Shown: positions 25,961-39,849, counted from the first letter of the stretch. The stretch is 64,000 nucleotides of DNA from Mobula hypostoma (GCF_963921235.1 NC_086097.1:223326001-223390000), one strand, 5' to 3'. Notes: generated from the sequence alone by a model not told the origin. Translations and numbers: made by a program.

Positions 25961-27739
25961 CTGAAAATGAAAGAAAACATTATGAAATGTCATTGTTATT
26001 ATTCTGAATTTAAGGTGATGTGTCATAGATTTATAACCTCCATCTAAACACCTAAAAAATCCTGGAAATCACCTGGAAACTTAAATTAGGACTTCATAAC
26101 TTTGCACCATAGAAGCTTTACCCCTCACATTAGTACTATATTGTGCAATTTATTCCAATATATCTTTATTTAGTTATATCATAAAAAGTATACACTCTCT
26201 TACACACGAGCTTGAGGTATAATTTGCCCCTTGTTCTGTGCGAGTACAACATACAGTTTATGGCATTCAACGCTATAGGAAAAGGATGCACACAAGGCAA
26301 GGAGGAAGTCTGAATGGACTAAAATTAGTCTCTCATCCTTCTCATTATACAGTATTGTATTTAAAAGTATGTTGCCACTATAAAGTGGAATCTTTTATTC
26401 ATAAGGATTTAACAAACAATCAGGTTTGATCAATGATTGCAGCTTCCCACCTATTTAAAGGCAGTGCAATGGACTAAATTGATGAAAGACAGGTGAGAGG
26501 CATGAAATGCACCTTCTGGCCTCATTAAAGGGCAGTATGCCATAAAATAAGAATTAGCAACAAGAAAAATAATTTTGATTATAATAGTTAACATTAATCA
26601 AAACTTTAATAGCTACCACACAAACAATTATTTTGTGAATGCTGTAGCTATCTAAACTGCAAAAGTTATTACCGCATACACGGGAATATTATTCTATAAT
26701 TTTCATTGCAATAAACATTCTTCTGTTAAATAAAAAGCAAGGTACTAGCCATTAGTGAAAGAATTTTTATAAAACTAATCTTTAAGCATATTTAACAAAA
26801 TGTGCTAAAAGTTTCACCCATAATCACATGACTATCTTTTGCAATCTAGTATTCTAATTCTACTGAGGTCATTCTGTCTGCTTTTCATCAGCAACAAATG
26901 TCCTTTTCACACTTTAGGCAGACGACGTTACTTCCTTCATGCTGTTAACTTGGTACTTGAGAAGATGTGACAATTATGCAGCAAACATGACTCATCAATG
27001 TGCACATTACATGGCTAATGTCGCTTATCAAATGGTAAATACATTTTCCCGGGCATGTCACTTCTAACACTCTTCTGCTTCTTCCCATGCCCTTCAGATT
27101 ATTTTTCTCACACGTCTATTAAACAAACCCCAAATGCAACATAGTGTTTCCTAATTACTGCCTTGGAGAGTTTTGACCTTGTGGGTATCTGTGAAGTAAA
27201 ACTTGATATAAAGCTTACATACTTGTAGCAATTTAAAGGAAATAATCTGTGCCTTTTTTTTAGTTCTCCCATTTCAGAGTTCACATCTAGCTTTGTATGT
27301 TTATTCTAGATGGAACTGCGTCAGTGACCAACGGGGAAAACAGCAAGAGTAATTAGTAGCTTGTGTCTGTTCTTTAAAAGAGCAGGTTTTGTGCATGAAG
27401 GAGCTTTAATATTTATGCAGACCTAAAGTTTTAAAACTCCACAACTCTAAAAATCTATTAAAAAGAGTTCATCTAAAGTGTAAATAGTTATCATTGTTTT
27501 GAACGTGTTTGAATAAATACAGAGCAAGTCAGTATCATGTGAACAATAAAGTGCAACTCTTCATGATTTTAATGCAAGCCTAAACAGACAGTAAATTTTA
27601 AAGAGGGTAGAAGTAGGCCTCACAGCACTTCATGCCTGCTTCTTCTTGGCTGGTCTCTCTACCGTAAATATCATACTCCCTTCATCTTCGCATACCCACT
27701 GATATCTTAAGCATTTAAGCAATTTATCTATATCTTTGC

Positions 27740-27930
27740 CACCCAGTGGCATCCAAACCAGACTTCAGGGCAAGCGATCCCAGGTTCGAACTCGGCCGGC
27801 TCCTTGCATGCTTTCCATCCATGCTCGGTTGAGCGTCGGGCTAGTGACTTGACCTCGTAAAAGACAGACAAACGCTAAAGAAACGGCAAGGTTGTTGCCT
27901 GATGCACCATGAGGCACAGAGCAGAACCAC
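27740..27930 (+). mobile_element. Probable tRNA-derived SINE
   Basis: B-box-like ggttcgaactc at about 27783; GC/CpG-rich island in an AT-rich background. Confidence 0.5.
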
Positions 27931-28204
27931 CAACTATCTATATATTTCTTTAAGTCTATGCAGTAAATTGGCTTTCACCATCTTCTATGGTTAATATTTC
28001 CATAACTTTACCATTCTCTGAGTGAAGATATTTGTCCTTGACTCAATCCTGCTTACAAACACCTGTGAAATCTCCTCTTCTCTGCATATAGTCTATCTTT
28101 GGCAGACTTCAAATGAGATAGCCTCTCAGTTTTGGAATCTCAAGTGAATATAGGCCGAGTTGACCCAAACTCTTCCCATCCTCAACAGTTCCTGCTATTC
28201 TTGT

Positions 28205-28775
28205 CTGAAGATGGATATTCACCATTGATAAAACACTCAAAAAATTCTATAGATGTACTGTGGAGAGCATTCTAACAGGCTGCATCACTGTCTGGTATAG
28301 GGGAGCTACTGCACAGGACCAAAAAAAGCTGCAGAGGGTCAAAAATTTAGTTGGCTCCATTTGGGTACTAGCCTACAAAGTCCCCAGGATATCTTCAAGG
28401 AGTGGTGTCTCAGAAAGGCAGCATCCATTATTAAGGACCCCCAGCACCCAGGGCATGCCCTTTTCTCACTGTTACCATCAGATTGGAGATACAGAAGCCT
28501 GAAGGCACACATTCAGCGATTCAGGAACAGCTTCTTCCCCTTTGCTATCCAATTCCTAAATGGACATTGAACCCATGAACACTACCTCACTTTTTTAAAC
28601 ACTACCTCACTTCTATTTCTGTTTTTGCACGATTTTTAATCTATTCAATACGCATATACAGTAATTTATTTATTTATTCTTTTTCTATAGTATGTATTGC
28701 ATTGAACTGTTGTTGCTAAATTAACAAATTTCACAACACAAGCCGGTGATAATAAACCTGATTCTGATTCTGAAA
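28205..28775 (+). mobile_element. Rex1/Babar 3' fragment
   Basis: ESILTGCITVWY, CLRKAASIIKDPQHPGHALFSLLPS; tail aataaacctgattctgattctga. Confidence 0.85.
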
Positions 28776-31714
28776 TATGTCCTCCCTTAGGTAAAGAAAC
28801 CAAAACTTCTCATGGTTCTTTACTTCAACAAAGGATGTCCTTAATTATATCTTGAGCAGAGAAAACAATCATCAGCCTTAAATGAAAGAAGAAAATGTTC
28901 TTCATTGGACTATTTCAGTTCCTCTGGCTTGTACATTGTCCTTTGAACACTTACTATATTCCAGGATTTGTTCACAAGGCAGACACCCTAAAATAGTCGG
29001 CTGAAAAAGACAAACATATTCTGGATTCCATGAACAATCCCTATCCCTTTTATCAGCATGGTGAACAATGGTTTCTACTCAATCTTAGCACGTCATAGTA
29101 CCAGTAACTGGGAATCCAGTTACCACACCACTTGTCATTTTAGTCTTTCTGAAGTTACAGGGCACTTCAAAGCAAAATAGAAAAAAAGATATGAAATATC
29201 ATGGAATTATGGCTTACAATACAAACTTTGGTAGTGGGTTTAGATTTTTTTCTGTATTATAAAATTATTATATTTCAATATTACGATTTAACTTAATTTT
29301 TTATGAATACAGGGTTTTGTGATTGTAATTATATTTTTAATATAATGTATTTGGTACTTCTTTTTCTTTCGACTTATAATATATAGCTTCTTGTTCTCTG
29401 TATTCTTCCAAGCAGAAACTAATAAAAATATCGAAAGAGACAATACAAACAAAAAAATTCTGATTTCTGTTCCCTCTAGTCTGCATGCCACAGATATAGC
29501 ATTGAAACCATCAAAACTGTAAAGCTTGTCATCAAGACCCCAGCTATGGTGCAGAGTTTCATACTGGATACTTTCACAAGAGATCCGATCCATCCTCTTA
29601 AGTGGACTTTCTGAAAGGTGGGTCAGATCAGTATCATCCAATAAGGTTCTTTCTTAAGCAGATCTTTTGGCAACCACACAGAACAAACAGCTGCTGGTAT
29701 TCTATTGCAGGAGTGAAAACAGTTGAGCTGTTTTCTTCCAGAGTCTGCCAACTTTCTGGAACAGGAAGTTCTTTCACGCCTTCCCTCTTATATTCAAGAT
29801 CACACACAAACTTTGATCGAAATGAACCAGATTTGTTTAAATAGCCAAATGTGCCTTTGCTAGTCAAGGGGTTGGGGGGGGGGTGATGAGGGAGGAGAGT
29901 CAGATTGTGGTTTTACTGACCATAAGTGTGAATAAATGCTTTTGCATTCTGTATAGATGGAGTGCCATGCCTAGTTTAGTAGCTCTTTGGACTAACAAAT
30001 GAATGTCTGACATCATTACAAAAAACAAATGTAAACTAAATGTAGTTTAATCATCTTTTGAAATGATGCAGGATAAGAAACTAATGCAGGAGCAGGCAAT
30101 ATGTTTCCTGAAGGTCGCTCAATAAGACAATGGATCATGCTATATTTCAAGTTCACTTTGTTGCCGGTTCCTTTTACCCTGATTCCCTCACTGACTAAAC
30201 CAACTCTTGAACCTAGCCTTGAATATACTTGCAATTACTTAACATCCACACTCCTCTGTAGAAAATTTCAAAAGCTTAAATCCACTGCAGAGAGAAAAAA
30301 AATCTCATTTCGGTCTTAAATGGCTGACTCCATTTCTGGGAACAATGACTCCTAGTTCAGATTCCAATTTGTTTAATCACACATACAAAGGAACATACAC
30401 TGAAATGTATCATCTGCGTCAAGAATCAACACACTTAACGATGTGCTGGAGGCCTGCAAGTGTTTCCACACATTCCAGCGCCAACGAAAAATACGCGCTA
30501 TGTTCAGCAGAATAACACAAGTAACAGCAACAATAGCAGCATAACAAGCCCCTTTCCCACCCTCCCACACACACTGACAGGCTTTAACCCCAGGACAGAC
30601 CTGGATTAGCCCTGGATTCTCAGACTCACAGACAATGGGCCTCCGATCTCCATTTCCTGGGCACGGACTCGCAGATATCCGGCCTCTGACCTCTGGACAA
30701 GTTGACCCACGGGTTTCGACTTTCAGGCCTCTACCTCCAGATTCACCAATCACAGGTTTGACATTCAAGCCTCAACCCTGGTGATATGACCCTCGTGACT
30801 CGCATCTGTGCAGACCTCCAATCCCAGAACTTGCTGACTTGAGGATTGTTGGTCTCCTCAGCTCCCACAGAGATGATCTCCGGGATCACTGACCTTCAAC
30901 CACGTAGCGTTCTGACCTGGTCTCCAAACACTGGCTCCTGCCCTGATATTCACTTACCATTCTTCCGCTCACTCATCCCTGTCCCTCAACCCAAACCTGA
31001 CCTCTAACTCCCATGCTCTGCCCAAAATCATCCTATGAACCTCAACAAAAACAATTAACCTCAACCTTGACAAATATTGCAGCTCACCATCATCTTGACG
31101 GGACTGAGAGAACGTAGCCTCCTGCCATTGTGAAAATTTTGAACATTACATTGAGATTGGCCCTCATTCCTCCAAATTCAGTGAGTGGAGTCCTCTGCAA
31201 GAATGCCTACAATCCAAAAGCAAAGCGTCATACATTTGTGCTGCGCTAAGAACCACAATCTATAATAAAACCCATCTGTGTTTCAAAATGAAAAAGTTCA
31301 GATGCCTCATTGTATTCTGTGGTCTTCCTCCTATTGTGGTCAGACATGGCACAAAGCAACTTAGTTCATAAGGATTAAGTAAAATGTACTTTGATGTTTA
31401 GAACTGGATGGAAATTCCTTAACTGTTTTGAGAGAGTTAACCTTTTGAATTTCACATGAAGAATCTCCAACAATTACACTTGTCCTGGCATGTGACAAAA
31501 TTTACTTTCACCTAAGACCTCTTGTTCAGCACCGAGTTATTGTAAGCACAGGCACCCTTGAGCTGTTTATGAGATATTGATGAGGCAGTTACAAGAAAGG
31601 AATTTCAAGTCGTGCTTTTCCATCTGAAGCTTTGAAATCAGAGGGCAAAAGCAAAAGTGTCAGCTTTCGGAGCCAGTGTACACTGAAAAGAACAGTTACT
31701 CTGGAAAACAATAA

Positions 31715-32230
31715 GATTTAAGATTCAAAATTATTTATTGTCTTTCTTCAGTACACAAGTGTTATGGAGAATGAAATAATTGTTACTTCAGATCCGATGC
31801 AGCCTAAAAAAACACAATAAGCCTAAAGAACACAACAAAAGTAAATACATAAGATTAGCTCACACTGTATCCATAGAAATACTGTATGTACAAGTGATGC
31901 TATGTACAGGAGTATCTGCACATAACGTCATAATGTGACTCTGACAGAAAATGATAAAGTAGTGGTGGTGGGGTGGCTTAAATGGGTGGAGGTGATGATC
32001 AGCCCAGTAGCTTGGGGGAAGCAATTGTTTGTGAGTCTGCTGGTCCTAGCGTGGATGCTGTGTAGCCTCTTTCCTGATGGGAGTGGGATAAACAATCTGT
32101 GAGCAGGGGGGTGGGATCCTTCGTGATATTACTGGCCTTTTTCCAGCACCTTTCTTATAAATGTCCTCGATGGTGAGTAGGCTGGTGCCAGTGATGCCCT
32201 GGGCAGTTTCAACTACCTACTGTAGAGCCA
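31715..32230 (-). mobile_element. Rex1/Babar-related 3' fragment
   Basis: Reverse strand reads KASNITKDPT.PAH.LFIPLPSGKRL. Confidence 0.65.
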
Positions 32231-32974
32231 ACCTGTCCGCCGCAGTCCGGACAAAGAATTCTCAGAAACAAACACAATCTGATCATCTGATACGGGATCA
32301 TAAATGTCAGTGGTGGAGGAGGAGATCATCTGGTGTGTAGTATCTATGCTGACTAACAAAAGTACATTAAGATTAATCCCACCTCCCTGTTCTTGGTCTA
32401 CAAGCCACACTACATCAAGTTGGCTTTGCTGCATGGTGATGTAGCTTTCAGTCTCTACCCTTCCTCAGATCACCCTCTCGAGACAGCCCTAGCATGTCAG
32501 ATACAAAGGATTTTCTGCAGTCTTCTTCGATCTAGTAAACAAGCACAGGTTAAAGGGAAGTAAGGGTTTCCCCCATTCGTCCTGCAAGTTCGTACTGTTC
32601 AAAGCAACGCGCAGCACTGGCGTAAGAACAAGTGAAGAAAATGTTGGGACAATGATACAGCCTTCCTTGATGATCCAAGTCTTGGCTGTTTTATTCATTT
32701 TTATTTGGAGATACAGCATAGAAATAGACCCTTTTGGCACAGTGTCTCCATGCCACCCAACTACACCCACATGACAAATTAACCTGACTAACACACACAT
32801 CTTCGGAACGTAGGAAGAAGCTAAAGAATTTGGGGGAAACCTACGTGGTCATGGGAAAATGTGCAAACTCCTTGCAGACAGTGGCAGAATTGAGCCTCGG
32901 TCACTGGTGCTGTAATAGCATTATGCTAACCGCTACACTACCATGCTGCTGTGTTGTAGATACATTGGCTAGGA

Positions 32975-33330
32975 TTACAGCTTGGAATCATCATGAAGCC
33001 AACACAACATGGAGCTGAATTTCCATGGAATGCCAGATTTGAGGAGGATGCGCCATAATGCCCAGAGATAGGTGGAGTCAGAAGCTTTGGCAAGGTCAAA
33101 GTCATCCATCAATAGTGATAAATCGTGTGTCCCTGCTTTTCTCCCGACAGAGCTGTGCAATGAAAATCACATCCACTAAGCCTCAGGGTGGATCCATGCC
33201 GTGATTCCAGAAACCGCTCTGCGGCCACGGGGAAAGGAGGAGAGGAGGACAATGGTAACTTTACCCTGGCAGGCAGTGGTGACCTAAACTGGATTCATCA
33301 CCCTGACTAAAGACAATTATGATTACAGCA
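32975..33330 (-). mobile_element. Old RTE-clade RT fragment
   Basis: FDLAKASDST..WALWRILLKSGIPWKF...LHDD resembles RTE DLTKAFD...LW.IL.K.G.P.KF...LHD. Confidence 0.6.
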
Positions 33331-34574
33331 AGCCTAAATCATAAGACCATAAAATCATAAGACATAGGAGCAGAATTAAGCCATTTGGCCTACCTGTTGA
33401 GTCTGCTCCACCATTCAATCATGGCTGATCCTTTTCTCCCCTTCCTCAGTCCCAATCTGCAGCCTTCTCTCCATAACCTTTGATGTCGTATTCAATCAAG
33501 AATCTATCAAGTTCTGCCTTAAATGCACCCAAATGACCTCACCTCCACAGCTGCTTGTGGTAAGAAATTCCACAAATTTACCACCGCCTGGATAAAGAAA
33601 TTCCTCCGCATCTCTGTTTCAAATGGACACCCCTCTATCCTTAGGTTGTGCCCTCTTGTCCTAGACTCCCCCACCATGGGAAATATCTTTTCCACATCTT
33701 CTCTGTCTAGACTCTCCCACTATGGGAAACACATCCTTTCCACATCTTCCCTGTCTCGGCCTTTCAATGAGATCCCCCGCCCTCATCCTTCTAAATTCCA
33801 TTGAGTACAGGCCCAGAGCTATCAAACATTCCTCATAAGATAACCCTTTCATTCCCGGAATTATCCTTGTGAACCTCCTCTGAACCCAGCACATCTTTTC
33901 TTAGATGAGGAGCCCAAAACTGTTCACAATACTCAAGGTTAGGCCTCATCAGTGCCTTATAAAGCCTCACCATCACATCCCTGCTTTTGTATTCTAGACC
34001 TATTGAAATGAATGCTAACACTGCATTTTCCTTCTTCACCATCAACTCTACCTGCAATTTAATCTTTAGGTTGTTCTGCACAAGGACTCCCAAGTCCCTT
34101 TGCATCTCAGATTATTGGATTGTCTCCCCAGTTAGAAAATTGTCTGCTCATTTATTTCTACTACCAAATTGCATGGCCATGCATTTTCCAACATTGTATT
34201 TCATTTAACACTCTCCTGCCCATTCTCCTAATCTGTCTAAGTCCTTCTGCAGCTTACCCGTTTCCTCTACACCATCTGTCCCTCCACCAATCTTCATATC
34301 ATCTGCAAACTTGGCAACAAAGCCATCTACTCCATCATCTAAATCATTTATATACAGCATAAAAAGTATCCCAACTCCAACCCCCGCGGAATACCACTAG
34401 TCACTGGCAGCCAACCAGAAAAGGATAGCTTTATTCCCACTCACTGCCTCCTACCAATCAGCCAATGCTCTAACCATTCTAGTAACATTTCTGTATTACC
34501 AGTGCTCTTAACTTGATAAGCAACCTCATATGTGGCACCTTGTCAAAGGCCTTCTGAAAATCCAAATATATGAT

Positions 34575-35993
34575 ATTCGGTTACAGAATCAGGGCCTCTG
34601 TACCTCCCTCTGTAATTGGATCCTCAACTTCCTAACTGGAAGACCACAGTCTGTGCAGATTGGTGATAACATCTCCTCCTGGCTGACGATCAACATTGGT
34701 GCACCTCAGGGGTGTGTGCTTAGCTCACTGCTCTATTCTCTATATACACATGACTATGTGGCTAGGCATAACTCAAATACCATCTCTCAACTTGCTGATG
34801 ATACAACCATTGTTGGTAGAATCTCAGGTGGTGACGAGAGGGCGTACAGGAGTGAGATATGCCAACTAGTAGAGTGGTGTCGCAGCAACAACCTGGCACT
34901 CAACGTCAGTAAGGCAAAAGAGCTGATTGTGGACTTCAGGAAGGGTAAAACGAAGGAACATGTACCAATCCTTTTAGAAGGATCTGAAGTGGAGAGAGTG
35001 AGCAGTTTCAAGTTCCTGCGTGTCAAGATTTCTGAGGACCTAGCCTGGTTCCAACATATTGATGCAACTACAAAGAAGGTAAGACAGTGACTATACTTCA
35101 TTGGGAGGTTGAAAAGGTTTGGTATGTCAACAAAAACTTCTACAGATGTACTGTGGAGAGCATTCTGACAGGCTGCATCACTGTCTGTTATGGAGGGGCT
35201 ACTGCACAGGACCGAAAGAAGCTGCAGAAGGTTGTAAATTTAGTCGGCTCCATCTTGGGTACTAGCCTACAAAGTAATCAGGACATCTTTAGGGAACGGT
35301 GTCTCAGAAAGGCAGTGTCCATTATTAAGGACCTCCAGCACCCAGGGAGCATGCCCTTTTCTCACTGTTACCATCAGGTAGGAGGTACAGAAGCCTGAAG
35401 GCACACACTCAGCGATTCAGGAACAGCTTCTTCCCTCTGCTATCTGATTCCTAAATGGACATTGAACCCATGAACACTACACCTCACTTTTAAAATATAT
35501 GTTATTTCTGGTTTTTACACAATTTTTAATCTATTCAATATACATATACAGTACTGTAATTTATTTATTATTATTATTTTGTGTTGGCACGTGGCCAAGT
35601 GGTTAAGGCGTCCGTCTGGCAATCTGAAGGTCGCTAGTTCGCGCCTTGGCTGAGGCAATGTGCTGTGTCCTTGAACAAGGCATTTAACCACACATTACTC
35701 TGCGACGACACTGGTGCCAAACTGTATGGGTCCTAGTGCCCTTCCCTTGGACAACATTGGTGCCATAGAGAGGGAAGACTTGCAGCATGGGCAACTGCTG
35801 GTTTTCCATATAACCTTGCCCAGGCCTGCGCCCTGGAAACCTTCCAAGGTGCAAATCCATGGTCTCATGAGACTAACGGATGCCTATTTTTATTTTTTTT
35901 CTTCTTCTTCTATATTATGCATTGCATTGAACTGCTGCTGCTAAGTTAACAAATTTCACAACACATGCTGGTGATAATAAACCTGATTCTGAT
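34575..35993 (+). mobile_element. Rex1/Babar LINE, RT 3' half
   Basis: [19 protein letters not shown]...[10 protein letters not shown]; aataaacctgattctgat tail. Confidence 0.88.
35583..35887 (+). mobile_element. tRNA-derived SINE nested in the Rex1/Babar 3' UTR
   Basis: A-box tggccaagtgg and B-box-like agttcgcgcc in a tRNA-like head; interrupts the AT-rich LINE tail. Confidence 0.75.
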
Positions 35994-36584
35994 CCCAAAT
36001 ATTCCATAACTTCATCCTTAACAATTGACTCCAACTTCTTCCCAACCACTGAGGTCAGGCTAACTGATCTATAATTTCCTTTCTGCTGCCTTCCCCTTTT
36101 ATTAAAGAGTGGAGTGACATTAAATTCATGCCAAATAAATTCTATTAATAATACATGAAAATGGTTCCATAAATCTGGAGATCATATTTGTAAAGAATGA
36201 CAAAATAATATGTATATTAGCTGGAAATTTACAAAATTGTACACATTTGGTAACTATAACATATGTACCACTTAATTTTATTTCCTCAACTGAATGGATT
36301 ACACAAGAGGTTCCAGAAAAAAAAACGACAGAAGAATGCAAACATGATGGGAAAGGCTGGGAAGGAATGGCCAGTGGGAATTTCCCCAAAAACTGTATAT
36401 TCACTTTGGTGTCTGCAGGAACAATTCTTCCCAGAACTCTCAAAGCTAAATACTCCCCCATGGAGTACAAAGTACACTTTACTTTTTCATTAAAAAAGGC
36501 ACATATTACACTTGATACTGCAGTATAATAAAAATCAATAATGTATTTTATTTTTGCTGTTACTTTCTACTTTCCACTCCTGTG

Positions 36585-37120
36585 GAAGTGGAAGGGGGTA
36601 AAGGGGGGAAGTGGGGGGGCAAAGGGGGGAAGGGGAAAAGAGGAGGTGAAGGGGAGGGCGAGGGGAGAGAGGGAGAGGGATGAAGGGGGGAGAGAGAGAG
36701 AGTCTTTCAGAGTCAGAGGGGGAGAGAGAGAGGGGAGAGTCAAAGAGAGAGAGAGACACACACACACAGACAGACAGAAAGAGAGAGAGAGACAGACAGA
36801 CAGAGGCAGAGAGAGAAAGAGACAGACAGAGAGAAAGAGAGAGTGTCAGAGAGAGAGTCAGAGAGACAGAGAGAGAGTCAGGGAGAGGGAGAGAGACACA
36901 GAGAGGGTCAGAGAGGGAGAGAGAGACAGAGAGGGAGGGGGGAGGACAACAGGCAGAGAGACAGTATGACAGGCAAAGAGACAGCGCGACAGGCAGAGAG
37001 AGAGGGTGACAGGCAGAGAGAGAGGGTGACAGGCAGAGAGAGACGGCGCGACAGGCAGAGAGAGACGGCGCGACAGGCAGAGAGACAGCGTGACAGGCAG
37101 AGAGAAAGAGAGAGAGAGAT
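36585..37120. repeat. Purine-rich low-complexity tract, (GA)n/(GACA)n, ending in a ~20-bp minisatellite (gacaggcagagag...)
   Basis: Directly visible; the overlapping ER/RE and SL/LS ORFs are low-complexity artefacts. Confidence 0.95.
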
Positions 37121-38289
37121 TGAAAACCTTCCCCTAACATACAATTTTATAGAAACTTGGGTGGAGTGGTTACTCTTCCGGTTTTTGATTACATCTTTTG
37201 TGGAGGTATGCAGTCTCTTTTGGTGCTTTTACAATGCATTGCTGGGTCTAAGACAATAGATCCATCTGCCTCCATGTTCCTTTAGGAGGCAATGAGAACA
37301 GGAACTCCTCGAAAAGCTCAATGGTCCTTGACGTCACTAAGACAAGGTAGTTAATACTTTTCACAACAGCCAAAAGAACCACCAGTTTGGTATCACCTAT
37401 AGTTTTTAAATTCAGGAGTACTTTGAAGACCCAGCTAAGACAGAAAACTACAGCGCCTAGCCTTTTAATAAATTATTTGGAATCAAAACTGATTGTTCTG
37501 AATTCACAGACACAACTGTGAACAGGATGTATTGTTCAGCTCTTCAGAGCAGTGAGAAAGACATTAAAGTGCAAGGTTGAATAACTAGTGCAGTATTTGT
37601 GTTTAAGTGTGAGAGATGTTCAATAATATTTAAAATCACTGCATTCAACTGCTCTCAGTTTACCAACTTTGGAGAGTGACCCATTCAGCAGCAAGGTCTT
37701 GGATCACTGCTGGGTTTGTGCATTCAACTGGGGTGAAGATTTCATGCTAAACTAGCCTTAACATCTTGGATTAAGAAGGATGGATGAAATGTTAAAGTCA
37801 TTAATGAAATGTCCTCACTGAAAGGATTTATAAACACTGAGTCAAGACAGAAACAATCTGATTTTTTTAATGCGTCTTGCACACTTTTGAATGACAAGAC
37901 TGATTTGGGCTAAATACAGAGCGAATGGGAGTGAATATAATGGAATTATACCTCAGGAGGAGAGGCAGACAGAATGGTTGTGTGAGAAACTTATAAATTT
38001 ATTCAAACAGTACAGTTCATTGTTACACAGGTGAGTTGTGAATATTAAATTCTACTGGAATGGAAGTTTTTCCCTAGGCAAATATGAGATAATCTCAGAG
38101 AGTGAATAGCATTTGCAACTTTTGTACATTCCAAGTAAAATATATTAAACAATTGATACCCAGCAACAACTACAAAATAGCAATCTTATCAATCAAGCTG
38201 ACATCATAAAAGCCACAGCAAGGTTAAATTTCTGTTGCCTTGAAGTCATTCCAAGGTATTTGTTTAAAAAGAATAACACATTAAATTGG

Positions 38290-39225
38290 AGCAACGCGCA
38301 AAATACTCAGCAGTGCCACGAGAGAGTAGAGAGGAGGAACACATGGATAAAGGAATCATGGACAGCAATCCCTGCAGAAAGCTAAGAGCGGTGGGGGAGG
38401 GAGACAGATAAAGTGAGCTTGCTGGTAGGGTTCTGTGATTCCTTTCCCTGTTCGTCCCTCTGCACTAATCTAACTCCTTGTTTTTATCCCTGCACGAGGA
38501 AGAAGTGCTACTCCTGCCCATTCACCTTCATTCACAGTCCTTCCAGATCAACGCTTCACTTGCAAATCTACTGGGGTTGTTTAATGCATCCAGTGCTCCC
38601 GACGCTCTGTCCACAACAAGCAGATTTCCCGGAGCTCAACCATCTTAATTCCAATGCCCATTCGAATTCCGACATGTCGGTTCATTGGCCTCCTCCACTG
38701 CCACGGTAAGGACACTGTCAGGTTGGAGAAGCAACACCTCAGAGTGTCTGGGCAGCCTCCAACCTGATAGTATGATTATCGATTTCTCCAAGTGCCAGCA
38801 ATTTTTCTCTCCCCCCTCCCCTATTGTTCAATTCCCCCCCACTGGCCCCCATTTTACCTCTCTCTCATTCTCACCTGCCTATCACCTCCCCCGGTGACTC
38901 CTCCTTCCCTTTTCCCCACAGTCCACTCTCTTATCCTATCAGATTTCTTCTTCTCCAGCCTTTACCTTTTCCACCTACGACCTCCGATCTTCTTACTTCA
39001 AACTCCCTCTCCCACCCCCTTCTAGTCTGTAATCCTTCCCCTCCCACCCAACCTTCTTATTCTAGCTACTTCCACTTTCTTTCCCAGTCCTGATGAAGGG
39101 TCTCGGCCTGAAAGATTGAATATTTACTCCTTTTCCATCGATGCTGCCTGACCTGCTGAGTTCCTCCTGCATGTTGTGTGCATTGCTCAGAATTTCCAGC
39201 ATCTGCAGAATCCCTTCAGTTTACA
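38290..39225 (+). mobile_element. Decayed Penelope-like element (GIY-YIG region, pyrimidine-rich UTR, hammerhead-bearing terminal repeat) with short inverted 5' piece
   Basis: HLNSNAHSNSDMSVH and LGSLQPD motifs; agtcctgatgaagggtctcggcctgaaa at about 39086. Confidence 0.8.
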
Positions 39226-39849
39226 CATTAAATTGGTTTCATGATTTTGTCACTCATTGCCCTTTTTTTTCCTGAATATGTGATGAGGTATTTGAGATCT
39301 GTGCTTTACATACATCACAATTACACATTTACCCTTTGCGACTGAAGGGGGACTTTAGATTTTTTTTCCATAGTTTCATTCTGAGACCAGAGTGGGATGG
39401 GAGAGCAAAAATAAAACATTTGAAGTATGCTATTGATTGCATCTTCACCAATTAGTCATAGTCATACTTTATTGATCCCGAGGGAAATTGGGTTAAAAAT
39501 CAATTAAAAATCATGTTAATTTTAGTACACTTAATAACCATTGTTTCATGATGGCCCAATTTCCTTGTAGTGCGAGAAAATGTGAACATTAGGTACATCA
39601 ACACAAGAGACTGCAGATGCTGGAAATCCAGATCAACATACACAAAATACTAGAGGAACTCAGGTCAGAGAGCATAATTAAGATCAAGTTTAAAAGTGAT
39701 AATCAGAAGATTAGAATCAGGATAATTTTACCATTAAATGGTGCACCACAGGAAGTTATTAGTCTTTTTTGCCCGTGTTAGCTTTTTTCTCCTAACCCTA
39801 TAAATGTTTTAGCCCTTCATTACTTTTTTTTTAAACTGATTTTTACTTC

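Larger units (their letters stand above)
33345..36120 (-). mobile_element. CR1 LINE (33345-34570 and 35994-36120) interrupted by a Rex1/Babar insertion
   Basis: LYKALMRPNLEYCEQFWAP; ccaaatat is repeated on both sides of the insert. Confidence 0.85.

Noticed and set aside
29288..29867. Overlapping minus-strand ORFs as an independent protein-coding gene
   Set aside because: No recognisable domain, and the longer frame is not in phase with the upstream stau2 exon. Kept only as a candidate poison or terminal exon.
35583..35660. Functional tRNA gene
   Set aside because: No complete cloverleaf and no T-run terminator after the head; it continues into a SINE body.
36535..37259. Several 100-200 aa ORFs on both strands
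   Set aside because: Stop-free translations of a GA-rich microsatellite.
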